A stretch of DNA of 51,892 nucleotides, filler included, from Diploschistes diacapsis (taxonomy: Eukaryota): the NCBI GenBank assembly GCA_023645945.1. It is 3 parts of 3 records of this genome, joined end to end, with 100 filler letters (N's around TTAATTAATTAA, not from the genome) between each part and the next. Parts side by side here need not be neighbours in the genome. Positions count along the whole stretch, not along the records: positions 34,709 to 51,892 come from JALAIB010000463.1; 2 more parts are not named here. One strand, written 5' to 3'. The notes under the pieces are model-generated. The model had not been told where the DNA came from and ran no database searches. It saw only the letters and a program-made list of their open reading frames with translations. Positions 37,192 to 49,780 of this stretch are shown here, in pieces. Both the position numbers and the translations under genes were made by a program. How positions within the stretch are numbered: position 1 is the first letter of the stretch; every line of letters starts with the position of its first letter.

Positions 37192-37920
37192 CTAAAACCA
37201 TATCCCTTGTAGGATCCCTGCATTGAGAGGTTCGCCCTTTGGACTTTCAATACGCCGCAAAAGCATCTTTTTCTCCATTTCACACAACCGTATAAGCCTC
37301 ATTCTCATATGCTTATACTTGAGAAATGTAGTAACCATTGCCTTAGCCACCAGAATCTGATAGTTCTTAACTGCGAGATTGTCAGCATCGTTCGCTTCCT
37401 TGTGGAGAGCCTCCATGTCTTTCATCACTTGAGTGCAGCCTGTTTGAAATAATTCTCAGATCAGATCCGCGGTGTGGTAGTATCGTTCGTTCTTGGTGGC
37501 TGAACAGCGAGATGTTCAAGTTGTTCATCGAGGATCTTGTTGAATGCGGCCATGGCTTCGCGGTTGGTGGTGAGGATTTGTTCGAGCCATGGTGGTGGGG
37601 CGGAGACAGATCCGGTTGCAAAGACAAAGCCAGCGAGGAGTAGAAGCTGTCTTGGCCAAGGGTAAGCTCCTCGCTGGCATCTTCATCGTCAACATCCTCG
37701 AGGCTTTCTATACCGGCGCGTGACCTGCGGATTTGCGAGGGCAGGGACTTAGCTTCCCCTTTTTAGGCACATCTGGAGCATGTCGGATGTCCGTTGCTGC
37801 ATCTGGCCTTACAGCCAATGAGCAATTTGGAAAGTGTTTGAATCAGTTGCTAACGTTGAGTTTGCGACATGCGTCGCATCCTGCATTCCTCGGTTTTGCT
37901 TTACCAGTTGCTTCCTCCAT
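37192..37920 (-). pseudogene. Decayed Zn2Cys6 transcription factor
   Basis: ATG 37920 gives MEEATGKAKPRNAGCDACRKLN, then intron 37854-37808, then ARCSNGHPTCSRCA*. There is an in-frame TAA at 37763-37765 and no sixth Cys. The 3' limit is approximate. Confidence 0.65.
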
Positions 37921-38363
37921 GGCGACCTTGCCCTCGGGATAGAGGTTTCTGATGGTCTATGTGACGGAGATGAGATGAGCTAGGAGGTGATGAGTAAGAA
38001 GACATGATCAAGAGGAGGTGAAGTAGGAAGAGATGAAGTGGGACAAGGTGAAGTAAGAACAGGTGAGTGAAGAAGAGGTCAATCAAGCGATCCACCTTCG
38101 TCAACGGAGCAGATCTCAGACCAAGAAATAGCAGGTATGTATGGAACTACTTCCAGTGTCAAAGCTTCAGTTATTATAGCTACGTCATTCTTCAATAAGG
38201 ACAACCTGTAGTCTTTTCAGTGTCTGCAACTCAGGACAAGGAGCAGTACCTTACCTCGAGAAGTTGTGAGCATGCAAGCTCAAAGGGGGATAACAGTCAC
38301 ATTTATCAGAATGGAAGGCAAGGAGAAAAGCATGGTTCAGATTAGTTCTATAGCCAACAGCAG

Positions 38364-40290
38364 TCAATCAGAGCCTACAAAATGATACTCCCACCAAGCC
38401 CACTCTGCTAAAGAATCCTCCTGGCTAGATCTTCCACTCACCGGAGCCCGGTCTTGTCTCATCTTGGATATAGCCAGCGTATATCTATCTCCCAACCCTA
38501 GTGACACTCGAGACCCGCCTGTTATCATGGTGGTTGCCACTACCGAGTGAGGTATATCAAGAAAGCTAATCGTTGTTGCAGTCCTGAATCTCCACAGTCC
38601 CCATGATATGTCAGACTCTCTCGGATCTTGGTGCCTATGCCAGTGCGAAGAGGATCTCGGATAATGCGCAGTCCTGTACTTAGCTAGTCCCATGGTGTCT
38701 GTAAAGAGTACCTGTCTATAAACCACATGCCGTTTGCGCCTGTATCCACTAGCCCCCAGATACCCTGATCTTTTCAGTTCTTTTTCCAGCAGCACATCCT
38801 TAGGAAGAGCTGGTGCTCTAGGAAATTCTTCGTAATTACCCCAATCATGAGAACAGTCGTCCCTGGGAAAGTGTGTCCTCTTCAATATTCCAGAAGATTC
38901 TTCACCTACTAATTGTTGCGTAGTCCTGTACCCAGCCAACTCCGTGATACAGCAGAACCTTCTCGGCATGATATATTTGCCAGTTCGTGTCACGTTATCG
39001 GATAGACTGGCGCCTGAGAAGCTGATGCTACATGGCATATCTGTCGGCATATCTTCAAACTCAAGCCATCGATGCGGTTATCTCGCGGACTCTCTGCCTG
39101 GTAATCTCGACATAAATCAAAACCAGACGAGTTCCAGGCCTCGTGTATACCAGCGTGGAAAGCGATAACCATCCTGCAAATGATACATCAGATCGATGTT
39201 CGGTTCTGCAGAGGATCCGGCGCCACAATATGACTGGATGGCAACCTAATGCCAGCCCTAGGATAATTCAGCAAAGCGAAGAGAGTGTGCGCACGCTCCA
39301 GGACCTGATCTGCAGAAGAAGTCGCTCCCTCAAATTTTGTGTAACCGCCAGGATATTCGTTGGTGCCAGGGCTTCCTATCATTTGACTGGTGCCGCTGTT
39401 CAACGCCCGCCTGGACTATTTTTGGAGACGCTTGAGCCCCACAGACAAAAGTTCCTCATCTAGGCACTGTGTTGTCACACTTTCCCTCAGCTGCAGTATC
39501 TACTGCCTTACACCCTCCCTCTGATGGCAGCGCTGCTTCCTGCTTGTGACGATTGCCGAAATCAAATTTGCACCACCTCTCAGCTCCTTCTAGCTTGCGA
39601 AAGTTGCATCCAACCTCAGGGCCACACTTGTAGTCGAAAGGCGTTGCTGGCCTATGAAACACCTACACAGGAAATTGGGCGACCAAGGAAAGAGCCTGAA
39701 GAGATTATACATAGTCAGGATATCTGCAGGCAAAAGGTCTCGACTGGACGCTGCCTCGGTCTTTCTTGTTGTCCAGCGGGTCTCGGGGTCATTCTAGAGT
39801 AGCAAGGAATGGAAGACTTGGTGGTATTGCAGGGGTGTTGGTGGGTCCAGCCTGAACTTCACTTTGCGGAGCTTTCGTTCTATGTTGAACTGTACGCTCT
39901 ACTTCCTGTTCAAGTTTCTCGAAGATTCGAATTGTCTTGTTATTCCTCTTGAGTCAATACTCTTTTAAGAGGTCTCCTGTCGTTGGATAAGTGCCGCTGG
40001 AGAGCCCTTGTGATTGAAGAGGCCATTTCGCTATTCGGGCCTCACGGTCTGGCATTGAGATAGTCTGGTATTGAGCTCGCCATTCTCCGATCGTGGAAGT
40101 TCACCAGTGTGAGTACCTCGTAAAGAGTCGATGCGTGTGTCTCCACTGCGAACATCCTATACAAATTGGCTTCTCTCTGCTGCACTTGCGGCTATATAGC
40201 ATGAGATTTGGCTGACAACCCAATAGAGTTCTGATGTGTTGGCTTACCCTGTCTTGAAGATAGCCGTGGCAGGAAGGGCTTAGCCCTGTG
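38364..40290 (-). pseudogene. Second decayed Zn2Cys6 / fungal-specific transcription factor
   Basis: SCHGY/FKTG-(intron 40247-40192)-RKCSREKPICIGCSQW, followed by a coiled-coil-like IFEKLEQEVER and broken ORFs down to about 38364. Limits are approximate. Confidence 0.5.
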
Positions 40291-40949
40291 AAACAAAGGC
40301 CTGTGCTGCAGGGCATCGAAAGTATCAAGAGAAACTTTGGCAACAGAGCTGCTCCTGACATGACTGAAGAAGTGGACAGGCTGTAACGGGAGAGAATGTT
40401 AAGAGGATAGATATATCGTGGTGATGTGCTCAGTATACGCAGCGGAACAGAGCAACGGGGGGCCAGTTGAAGAGCGCCGATATCTCGCCGATGACCACTT
40501 TGAAGATCTGCACGATGTCCGCCCCTGGTCCCGGCTGGAGATTTTATAAGCTGTCGGGGTCCGTGATGTTGACAGGAAACGAACACTCAACCGACCTCAG
40601 TTGATGTACCGTAGTCATTTCGATCCTTTATGCTTAGCAGAAAATTGCTGTCCAGAACCGCGATGGCGGCCATTATATCAGGTTAGAATTTTGTCCTTTA
40701 TATACCACAATACTCTTCAAACTCATCTCCCAAACTTTTGCAGGAGATACCTGAGGCACGCCGAGATATCATCCTACAGCGTTGCTCTGTCTTCGAATTA
40801 TATACGGCAAGCGTCAATCCACTGGCCTGAATTCGTCCGACTTTGTTATTATAGATCCCTCTCTGGGTATATCATGTTCTGGATTCGAACGCCTGACTAA
40901 TTCCTGCGTTTTGAGTTTTCCATCTTTGCTCAGAGCCCTCGAATTAAAC

Positions 40950-43900
40950 TCCAACTTCACTATAGCAATCTCTTCCTCGTGATAATAGAATCTCTATCGA
41001 ATGCCTCGATTCGTTCGCTTGCATCTTGTCAGAAGGTTTGGGCGAATCACCTAGACTATTATGTTCAGCAGACTTCCTCGCTTCAGCACGTAACGATATA
41101 CACCGTTGTTGTCCGGCTCGGACCATAGGCGGTATAACAATCGCCGCCAGTTTTGGGTCTCCGTACCAGTCTTGAATCTGTCAAGATCGTTCCGTTCATC
41201 CCAGTATCTTATTATCTGTTGAGCACCCTTCTAGTTTCAATAATTTGGCTTATAGCCCAACCTGGGCGGGTAACAGCTGCAGATGCTTAGAACAAATATC
41301 ATCTAAGCCTCGCCTGCCTTGTCCAACAATCACCTTTGGCTTCAGCATCTCAAGACAACCGCTAACAGTGCCCGTCCCTGCGGCAACGTCCGGCTAGCGA
41401 TGTATACGGTCAACCAACATCCTGGGAATGTCATTGGCAATGCATTTGCACGCCTTCCCCCCGCTGCTGGATCTTCCTCGTCGCTGTTGACGCCGACAGA
41501 CATCTTACAGATCATACCGACGTCTCTTCAGGCATATCGGCCTGCGCTACTGCAATCTAGTCCACTAAGCCAAGCTATTACCTCACTACAACAAACTCTT
41601 CCCTGTTTTGTGACGAGATATTCAACTCAAATGCCTCGCGCCGTTTCATTTGGGTCTATCCATTTCAAGGTTTTGACGGTAGCTGCTTCGAATGATCCTG
41701 TCAAGCTGTAAATTCAGTCTAGAAAGTCCTGGTCAATTCATAAAGGACTGTCGAGTTCGGGATACCTGCCCTATCTTATCGATGTCTTGATCCCGAAGTT
41801 TTCCGTCTTCCCTTCAGATCAAACCAAGTTAAGCTTTTATCTCACTATAACGAGCTCTTCCCTGGAATTGGGAAACTTCGATCTCGAATACCTAGCATGG
41901 TATTCGTCCAACCAAATTCGAAGTCCTTTTGCTTTCCGTTGTTATGGATCGACCAAATATAGCTCTTGGCCCAATCCGTGTCCTTTCATCGTCCCTGACT
42001 GTCTGATCCTTCCTTGATATAAGCTCTTCCCTGGGTATGACAAACCACTTAGTTCCATCTATCGGCTGCGTACACGCCTGGGCCTAACTTTGAGTATCCC
42101 TTCGTCCATTTGGGCCACGACTTGATCTTCTCGATCTTCATGGGCCTATAAGTTTTCTTTTTGGACTTATCGACTTTAACAGACTGGGTAATCTCTCCCC
42201 TTTTCTTTCCCCCAAAAGAAACCTTCGATACGTCCGGCTTTAACTGGTTGGAAGTATTTAATAGAACTCAATCAGTACCGATCAGTTATGAAGCATAAAA
42301 TATTTCACCTCAGTCGCACACCCTGTTATGAGCCTTCTGAGCGCAGTTGGCGCATGCATTCCTCGATGCAAAGAGACCCGAACCGAGTTTATATGATACG
42401 TATTTTTTGAATTGGCCATGCACGGTTAGACAGGATTGTACAGTCCGGGTTTATATCGCCAGCACAGTAGATGACTAGCGCATTAATATGCCTGCCTCGC
42501 GTCGTTTGCGTGCATTTGTTTCGGTCCAAGATCCCGATACCCATCGCTATTATGAATCGACCAAGTTATATCTCTTACCTCAATACGAGCTCATCCCTGA
42601 TAACAATGGTTTGTTACTTACAATCGCCGGGTAACAATGGCTGTTACTTTCAATTGCCTGACATTGTTTCACATTAGTTGGCTTTCAGATCCTGAGCCAT
42701 AGACATGGCCAGACCAGTCGAATCAAGCTCTTCTTTAGAAACTTCATTCCTGGTTATATAAAAGGGTTGGATCCAAAAGCCTGGCGATCTTGGAAAATCT
42801 TCAATTTAATCGTCCGTCTTCATAGGCATCCAGCTTTCAGTTCGGTGTAAGTCTTGGCCTAGGAGCATGGTTTATCCTCAAATACTTGTCGTTATCCTTG
42901 CGCTCCGAGTTTCCTGGTTCCGGTTGAAATTTCTCCGTCTTCCTGATTTATTTGTATGTGTACTTGTGAGATTCCCTGATGAGTATACAAAGCCCTAAGA
43001 TGGAAAGATGAGCCGTGGCTATTCACCAATGCTTCCTATGGGAATAGGTTGCAAGTTTTTTGTCTTCCCGGTTTCAATGAAGTCGAGTTGTGGCTCCATC
43101 AAGTTCTATCCTGCATATATAAAGGCCTGGCTCAAAACCAATCTCATCTTTACTTTGTATCTCTAAAATCTTCGTTCCCATCTTGGACTTCTAGGTGAGT
43201 CCAGTTGCGATTAATTTCATGGAATGAGATATTGTTTGTCCATCCTACCCTTCAAGGTGGATTATTCTTGAGTATATCGGCTCGAATGTGAACGCCTGAC
43301 TTTGCTATTGAAAGTTGACTTCCTAGATTGTGATATATTTCGTTTTTCCTGTCTTCCCCACGGAGGTAACATCCTTGTTTGTAATATCAACGCCATCATT
43401 CCCATATTTGGTTTATGGCTATGTCCAACTGCAATTCGATTCCTAACTCTCGGTATCACACCTCCATCTTCCTTAGAGAAGGAGGCCAATCCACGCTAGT
43501 TTTGTTCCTGTGCGAGTTTTGTCCCAGAGTAGACAAGACTTTCACTCCAAACACCTGGCTTTGGCCAGTTGTAACTACAGTCGAGAACCCGAAAACGCCT
43601 CATCTATCTCAATCGGTCAAAATGACGTTCTCTCAAACTGATTCTTGCCAGGCCTTCTGCCGTCGACTGGTCCCGATTCGCTCGGAAGCTTCCTGATTTT
43701 AACAGTCTTGCGCCGCTGATTAATGTCTTAAGTCAACAACCCAATAACTCCAGGATTCCTGAGGCAGAAGATCGCGTAAGAAGAATCACGAATGCCGAGC
43801 CAGGAATATCATATAATAAGTCTATAAGAGACGAAAGGAGCGCACGGCCCTCGAAGCTTGTCCCGCCGGAGTCCAACGCAGGAAGGTCCGCATCCAGGTC

Positions 43901-44700
43901 TGATACTTTCATAGGTTCATATTGATCTTAGATGATACAGGATGATGGTGAAGCGAAGCTCGGTATCAGTGTGAACTCTCCTCATACGTAGTCTCTGAAT
44001 AAGAAAGTAACAGACCGGCGGTTACTCCATGGTACAGTAGGTTACGGAAGGGTTTCCCTGTTTCTCTTTGATCTGTTGGATCCCAAGCCTCACCTAAGCC
44101 TCTTCAGTAAATTCTTCCTTCGAGATAGCAGGTGACCGAAGGCTCCGCCTAATATCTGGAATTGGATGGATTGCAGGTTTCGCCTGCTGTTCCTTCGGTT
44201 TCTTGGCTCACAAGGTCCACCTCAACTTCTAATCAAACTGGTATTCCATCTTCCCAGAGTGAGTGATGTATGATCTCCTGTCGGCCTAATACTTGATAGA
44301 AGAATCACCGGTTGGCCTTTTCTTCAGAATATGATCCCCTAGTCACTTGTACCAGGAGAGTAAGAGCGCTCGGCTACTCCTCCACTGATCTGAGATTCCA
44401 CCGAAGGATCCCTCGATTCTCCAGATTTTCAAGTAAAAGGGCAAGACAGTTCGGCGGCTCCACTCTTGGTTGAAGACTCGAATAGGTGGCCCAGTATCAA
44501 TATATACTCCCCTTATCAAATACCGACTTTCAGTAAGATAGCAGTACAGCTCGGCGATTTCTCCTAGGATCTGCAACTCCAACCAAGGTTTTGCCCGTTG
44601 GATCACTGTACTATACACCTGATACATCCTCATGATAAGGGTGGAGAGAGGCCAACAATCCTGTATGAAGATCCAAGTGTGCTGACAGAAGCCTCATTCT
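40950..44700 (-). mobile_element. Highly degenerate Ty3/gypsy-like retrotransposon relic
   Basis: Motif remnants appear in PR-RT-RH-IN order: YIDTG (about 44500), FDRL (about 43615), TELKAGCL* (about 42835), TKWFVIP/DWAKSY (about 42050-41965) and a possible chromodomain-like YGP (about 41125). There are many stops and I recognised no LTR pair. Confidence 0.45.
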
Positions 44701-45558
44701 CTCTTCAGTTGAATTGTTCCCCAGGTATTACCTAGCTGTTTTGGCATTGCTTGCTTATAGGCTTCATCTGATTGTTCTTATTTGCTTGAACTGTTCACAG
44801 GCTCTGCCTGTCTCCGTTCTTGTACTGCTCATCAACTGGCAATATATAAGTTCGAATTGCAGAAGCATCTTGAGAACCTTGATGTCAGATCCAGGGAACA
44901 AAGGCAATCTGATGGTTTAGACAAGATAGGAAGCTAAAAGCCGAAGGACTCATATAATCCACAGTCAAGGACTACCAAGCATGAAGACAACCTGATAGTG
45001 GATAAAGGTGGTTGTCAAAAGGGAAAGAATCATATATATCCACAATCAAGGACAGGTATATATACAAACTGACTGACTGCTTGTTTGCTTGCTTATTGCA
45101 AACATGAAAGAAAGACAGATGCGGTTCTCATTAAATATTCCACAAACATTGCCACAACAAGCGTGGTGGTCCGTGCATCTACAGTTCTACAGCCGGATTT
45201 GGGCGTCTCATCTCTAATACCTCCCCTTTCATGCACCACTCTTTACGGAGTAGAGCGGGTAGGTCCTTCATCCATCCAATTTGAAGCTGTTCAGATACTC
45301 TACACTATTGTCCTTGGACTTTATTCTATGAGTCACCAGAGTCATTCCCGCTGATTACCGTCCGTTCCCTGCTGGCTTCGACGTCCAGCGTCTCTAACCC
45401 ATCACTACCCGTCCCGTCGATCATGAGCCTTCCATTCACTAATCAACATCCCTGCTAGCTTCAACTTTCTGAGCCTCTAACCCGCCACTGCTCGTCCGTC
45501 ACGCACCTCCCATTCACCTGTCATCGCCCATTCCCCACCGGCCCCGGCTTCAGCGCTT

Positions 45559-46928
45559 CTAACCCATCACAAAGGGCCCGGTATAACTCAAGCTCGGGAC
45601 CCACCCCAGCAAGAACTCCAGATGCCGGTACGAGGCCCTCCGCGCATACTGCGGCTCCGTATGGCCCGAGAGCTGCGTCTCGACAAACGTCAGCCCCCTC
45701 TCCGTTCTGGTCTTGCCAAGGACTCCGCTCCCGGCTAGGGCACCCAGCTCGTAGTCGCTATGGTACGGCACGTAGAAGCCATCGGAAGGGTGTTCGGAGA
45801 AGGCCTGGGCGGATAATAATCCCAGCACTTGTGGGGCGCTTCTGTAAGCTATCAAAAGGGGCGTTAGGGGTAACAGAGCTTACTGGATTGACATCCATGG
45901 CGGTACTCGCGACATCATTGTATAGCGAAAAGCAATTGATAGCTTTTCCTAAGCTGAGTGGGTCTGGGAGGTCACCCTTGGGTGGAAAGTTGAAGTTCTC
46001 CTCGCAGACGGCCTTGTAGCCGCAAGATCCGTCGCGGTCATTAATACTATTCATGAAGGTTTGGTTGAGTCCGGAGAGCTCTTGCCAGTATTTCACAAAG
46101 GGGGACTACTTGCATGTCGTCGAGAACAAGATCAAAACTGATTGAAGGATCGTAGAGCATCACGCCCGTGACGTCGAAGTATTCATTGTTCGAGGCGTTA
46201 AGCATAGCGCTTGATATGTAAGGCACATACATGCCGGCATAGGACTTGCCGGTGTAGATCTTCCTGTATTGCAAATCAAATAGGTCGACAAAGTTCTGAA
46301 AGAAGCGCAAGAACTTGTTTGCAATGTCAACTTCTGACTTTGCCTCCACAGCGCCTTGGGTGAAACCGGTTCCGACTGGCTGTTCGACCCATACCAAGTT
46401 TGTCAGGTTTACCCAGGTCCATGATTCGGCACAGGTTTGAAAGTCCCATACTGCCATTGGAAAGGACCGTTCTCTTGCAAAAGTCCTTCAGACTGCTGCA
46501 GCCTGGTCCGCCATTCAGCCATATCAGAACCTCATCTGATGCGGCAGCATTTGCAATGGAAAGAACCAAAAATACAGCTTTCTATCTGTGAAGCTATTTG
46601 AGATGGGCAATAGACCCGCGTAGGATTCGCCGACATCGAATTCGACTTCTGGAAGCGCAGAGCCATTGACTGAATAGTCTATGAGGTGTAAGTGGTATTA
46701 CGCACCCCCAACGCATTCACAGCACCCCCTTTATGTTTTCTCATTCAGGTACTGCAAAGAGGCTTCTGGCTTGTGGTGCTTCGCGGATCTGAAGGCGTCC
46801 CTATTATGTTCTTGCACCCTTTCTCTAACGTCCCGATACCCCTCGAGCCTTTTATCAACATGTTGGGAGCTTCTGGCGAGAGACGCCTCAGTAAAGAGAA
46901 GGAAACAAAGCAATGAAAGAAGCTCCAT
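45559..46928 (-). pseudogene. Serine carboxypeptidase (S10) pseudogene
   Basis: Signal peptide MELLSLLCFLLF, in-frame TAA at 46731, then [50 protein letters not shown] and ERGLTFVETQLSGHTEPQY in shifting frames. An internal segment appears deleted. Confidence 0.85.
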
Positions 46929-47898
46929 TCGCGCTGCGTGCAAGATGCGAACCATGATTTGAGATTTGCTACACAGATAACATGGAACGGGTGTAAGCGC
47001 TGGGGGAAGGTCCAGCAAAAAGCAGGACAAAATTGGTAAAGCTTCAAGCTCTTAAAGCAAAAAGAGAGACGTTCTCTAGCACTTACCATCTCTTCGAATC
47101 AAGAGCTACATCATCACTAGCTTCTGCACAGCTGTATTTCATTTTTAGGAGCCAGGATCCACTCGGGTGCATCTTGTTGACAGCATCCTGCACAGAAATC
47201 TCCATAGGGATGCTAAGCTTACTAGCCTAATGCAAGGGGGCGTCGAGTGATCGAGGGAGAGTCCCTGTTGAGCATGCACCGATTGTGACATGTTCGCAGA
47301 GACTCCGCACCCGATAGCCCAATAGATCGGTGCGTTCTAATAACGAGACTGTGTGGAAAATAGGCGAAGAGGTGTTGCAAGATAAGCTTTTGAGTAGGGT
47401 GGCAGGGTGGTTAAGCCCTGCAGCTGTGGAAAGATAGGAAGGCCAGGAATACAAATTAGCTTCAGCAACCTTAGAAGAAATTGACCATGGCAGCCATCAG
47501 AAACTCCTGCCCTTGCTGTGCCTCAAATCTTGCGTGTGTCGCGCTAAACTTGGCAGTGAGCGCGTCCGTTTTGATAGAATGTTATTTTTATGCAAAGCAG
47601 ACGAGCAAGAAATGTCACTTCTAAACAAAGCATTGCATATGGAAGCTGCTTCGAACCTTATTCAAAAGCGCGATTTGAATCGCGAAAGCATAGAGCTTAA
47701 TAAAACAAGGGTATTTACCGTATCCATGAAGCCATTCCACGCCCGCCATTGCCGTGTCTCCAGCCCGTCCCAATGCATCATAAGCCATCGTTAGCAACCA
47801 TATAGCCTTCCCATAGCAATACAGCATTGTACATCGTACCTCGAATCCCATACAATCTGCCGTCGCAATCCTCCTGCCATTTCCCGCTCCCGTAGCTA

Positions 47899-49336
47899 TT
47901 AGTTCACAGCCACTGGCGTCGCCGGCGTAGTAACAACACTCGCTTTCCGCTGTGGCGCCGCCATACCTCCCACAATACCCGAGCCCGCAGCTCTGGCACT
48001 ACCACCCCCTGTCCCGGGCTGTGCCATGCTCGTTCTTCTCGTCTCGTTCTCCTCCACCTCACCACCTCCTCCAACACCTGCTGAGCCCCCAACTGTACTT
48101 CCAACCGCACTTCCTATCACGGCCCCAGTCGTGCCATTTGACGACGCACTGCTCATATTGCCCTTCGTCCCTAACGCGCTTCTGATCATGTCCTTGACCC
48201 GAATGAGCTGGTATTTCCGCCTCATACTCATGGGGACGTGCTGCGCTAAGGGTTGCGGGCGGGCGCGTGCTATACCGGCCATGACGAGATCCTTTTCTTC
48301 GTCCGAGTCGACGGGGCCAATTTTGTCGGCTTCTTCATCGAGGAGAGGAGCGTTGGCATCGATGGCGGCTTCTGTTGGCAAAACAGTCAGCGAGTGATCG
48401 AATTGGCATGAATATTAAGACGGGGTTGGATTAGGGTCAGGATTTGGGTTTGGCTTAGAGTTAGAAAATGGGTTAAAAAGATAAGGGTCAGAGATAGCGG
48501 GGTCGAATGTGGGGTTCAATGTACTTTGCTGCTTGGCCTGGTTCTTCTTCTGATATGCCGCAAGGAGCATATCGTATGGCAAGCTCCTTCCCGGCACAGC
48601 GCGCTTCGCACCCATGGCGTGCGACTTGCAGGTCAAGCTTCTGGCGCACATGGCTCCGTTGGGCAGGAGAACACCGCATTGCTTTTCAACATCCACCGGA
48701 CCTTTCAGTTTCGGCGCCTTTGGTTTCGCAGCCTCAAGCTCCTTCTTGGTTTTCTTCTTTGGGCCCTTATCTTCGTCGTCATCGGCTTTGCGCTTCTTCG
48801 ACGTTCCCGAAATACCCTTCACAGCACTCTTCTTGCCAAACTTGGACATGTCACCGTTCGCAGAGTCCTCGTCACCTTCCGCATCCTGAACATCTTCCGC
48901 CTCGGCTCTCTCAGCCTTCTGTTGGGCTTCGCGAGCTTTACGATTGGCTTCCTTCTGCTCCTTTTTCCTTTGAGCCTTCTCATTCTTCTTTTGGATGCAG
49001 AGAGTAATATGATCGTTGGCTACTAAGGCAAGCATTGGCTTTTTGCAGTGTTTGCATTGGATCATATTAATCTTGTCTTCGAGGGGCCGCCCGGATTCAA
49101 AAGTTGAGCGAAGTTCATAGTTGATTGGGTTAACGAGGGGTGAAGCGGGCTCGGCATCACCTAGTCTGATGTCAATGATAGTTCAGGGTGATATTGTAGT
49201 GAAGCATACCGCTGTCGGGTTTGGCCTTTGCCTGAGGCTTCCTGATCTTAACTTTCCCAACATGGCTATCTTTCTTGGAAAGAAGCTTCGTAACGATGTT
49301 GACATCAATGAGCGTCAAGCTCGAGTGTGAGGCCAT
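47899..49336 (-). CDS. sgf73: SAGA deubiquitinase-module subunit Sgf73 (ataxin-7/SCA7 domain)
   Basis: Exons 49336-49210, 49160-48525 and 48371-47899. ZnF CKHCKKP...HITLC and SCA7 domain PVDVEKQCGV...CARSLTCKSHAMGAKRAVPGRS. Confidence 0.9.
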
Positions 49337-49780
49337 TTAGGCTATAAGAACGATCTGAGGCCTACATACGTTAGAGCTGTTCCTTGACTCTTATCAATCT
49401 AAAGTGAGGTGTCACATTATGTAGATGAAGTGTTAAGGTGCACGTGCTTGCTTCATAATACTCGGGTCCGGAGCGGAACAACCTAATCCGGTCATCCGCT
49501 GTTCTTACAGCCCTCCGAGTCTGCTTTTATTCCCTGCAATGTGTATAGAGTAGCAATAGGACTTCAATTGAAATTACCCTCACGTAGTCAGTATGGTTTA
49601 TAACTAACAGCAGCTTTCAAGAGTCTGTCCTGCAGTCTGTCTACAATATGCTCCGATTTTCGCGATCCGAGGCCCATATACATTGCAGAGTTGAGAGTTT
49701 CGGCTACTACGCCTATTCTGTTGCGCATAAACGAAAAGCTCCAGCAGTGTATCTTTCACGGATAGCGCTTATAGAACTCA

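Noticed and set aside
38010..38080. Degenerate ~15-nt tandem repeat (GGTGAAGTAGGAAGA-like x4) as a CRISPR-like array
   Set aside because: No unique spacers and a eukaryotic context; it is a minisatellite.
48420..48480. Telomere-like hexamer run (GGGTT/TTAGGG variants) in the sgf73 intron
   Set aside because: Short and degenerate; consistent with ordinary low-complexity intron sequence.
5703..49336. Apparent cluster of chromatin/silencing genes (hrr1, spt8, cti6, cul4, sgf73)
   Set aside because: The genes are spread over three contigs with unproven adjacency, and such genes are common. There is no evidence of functional clustering.
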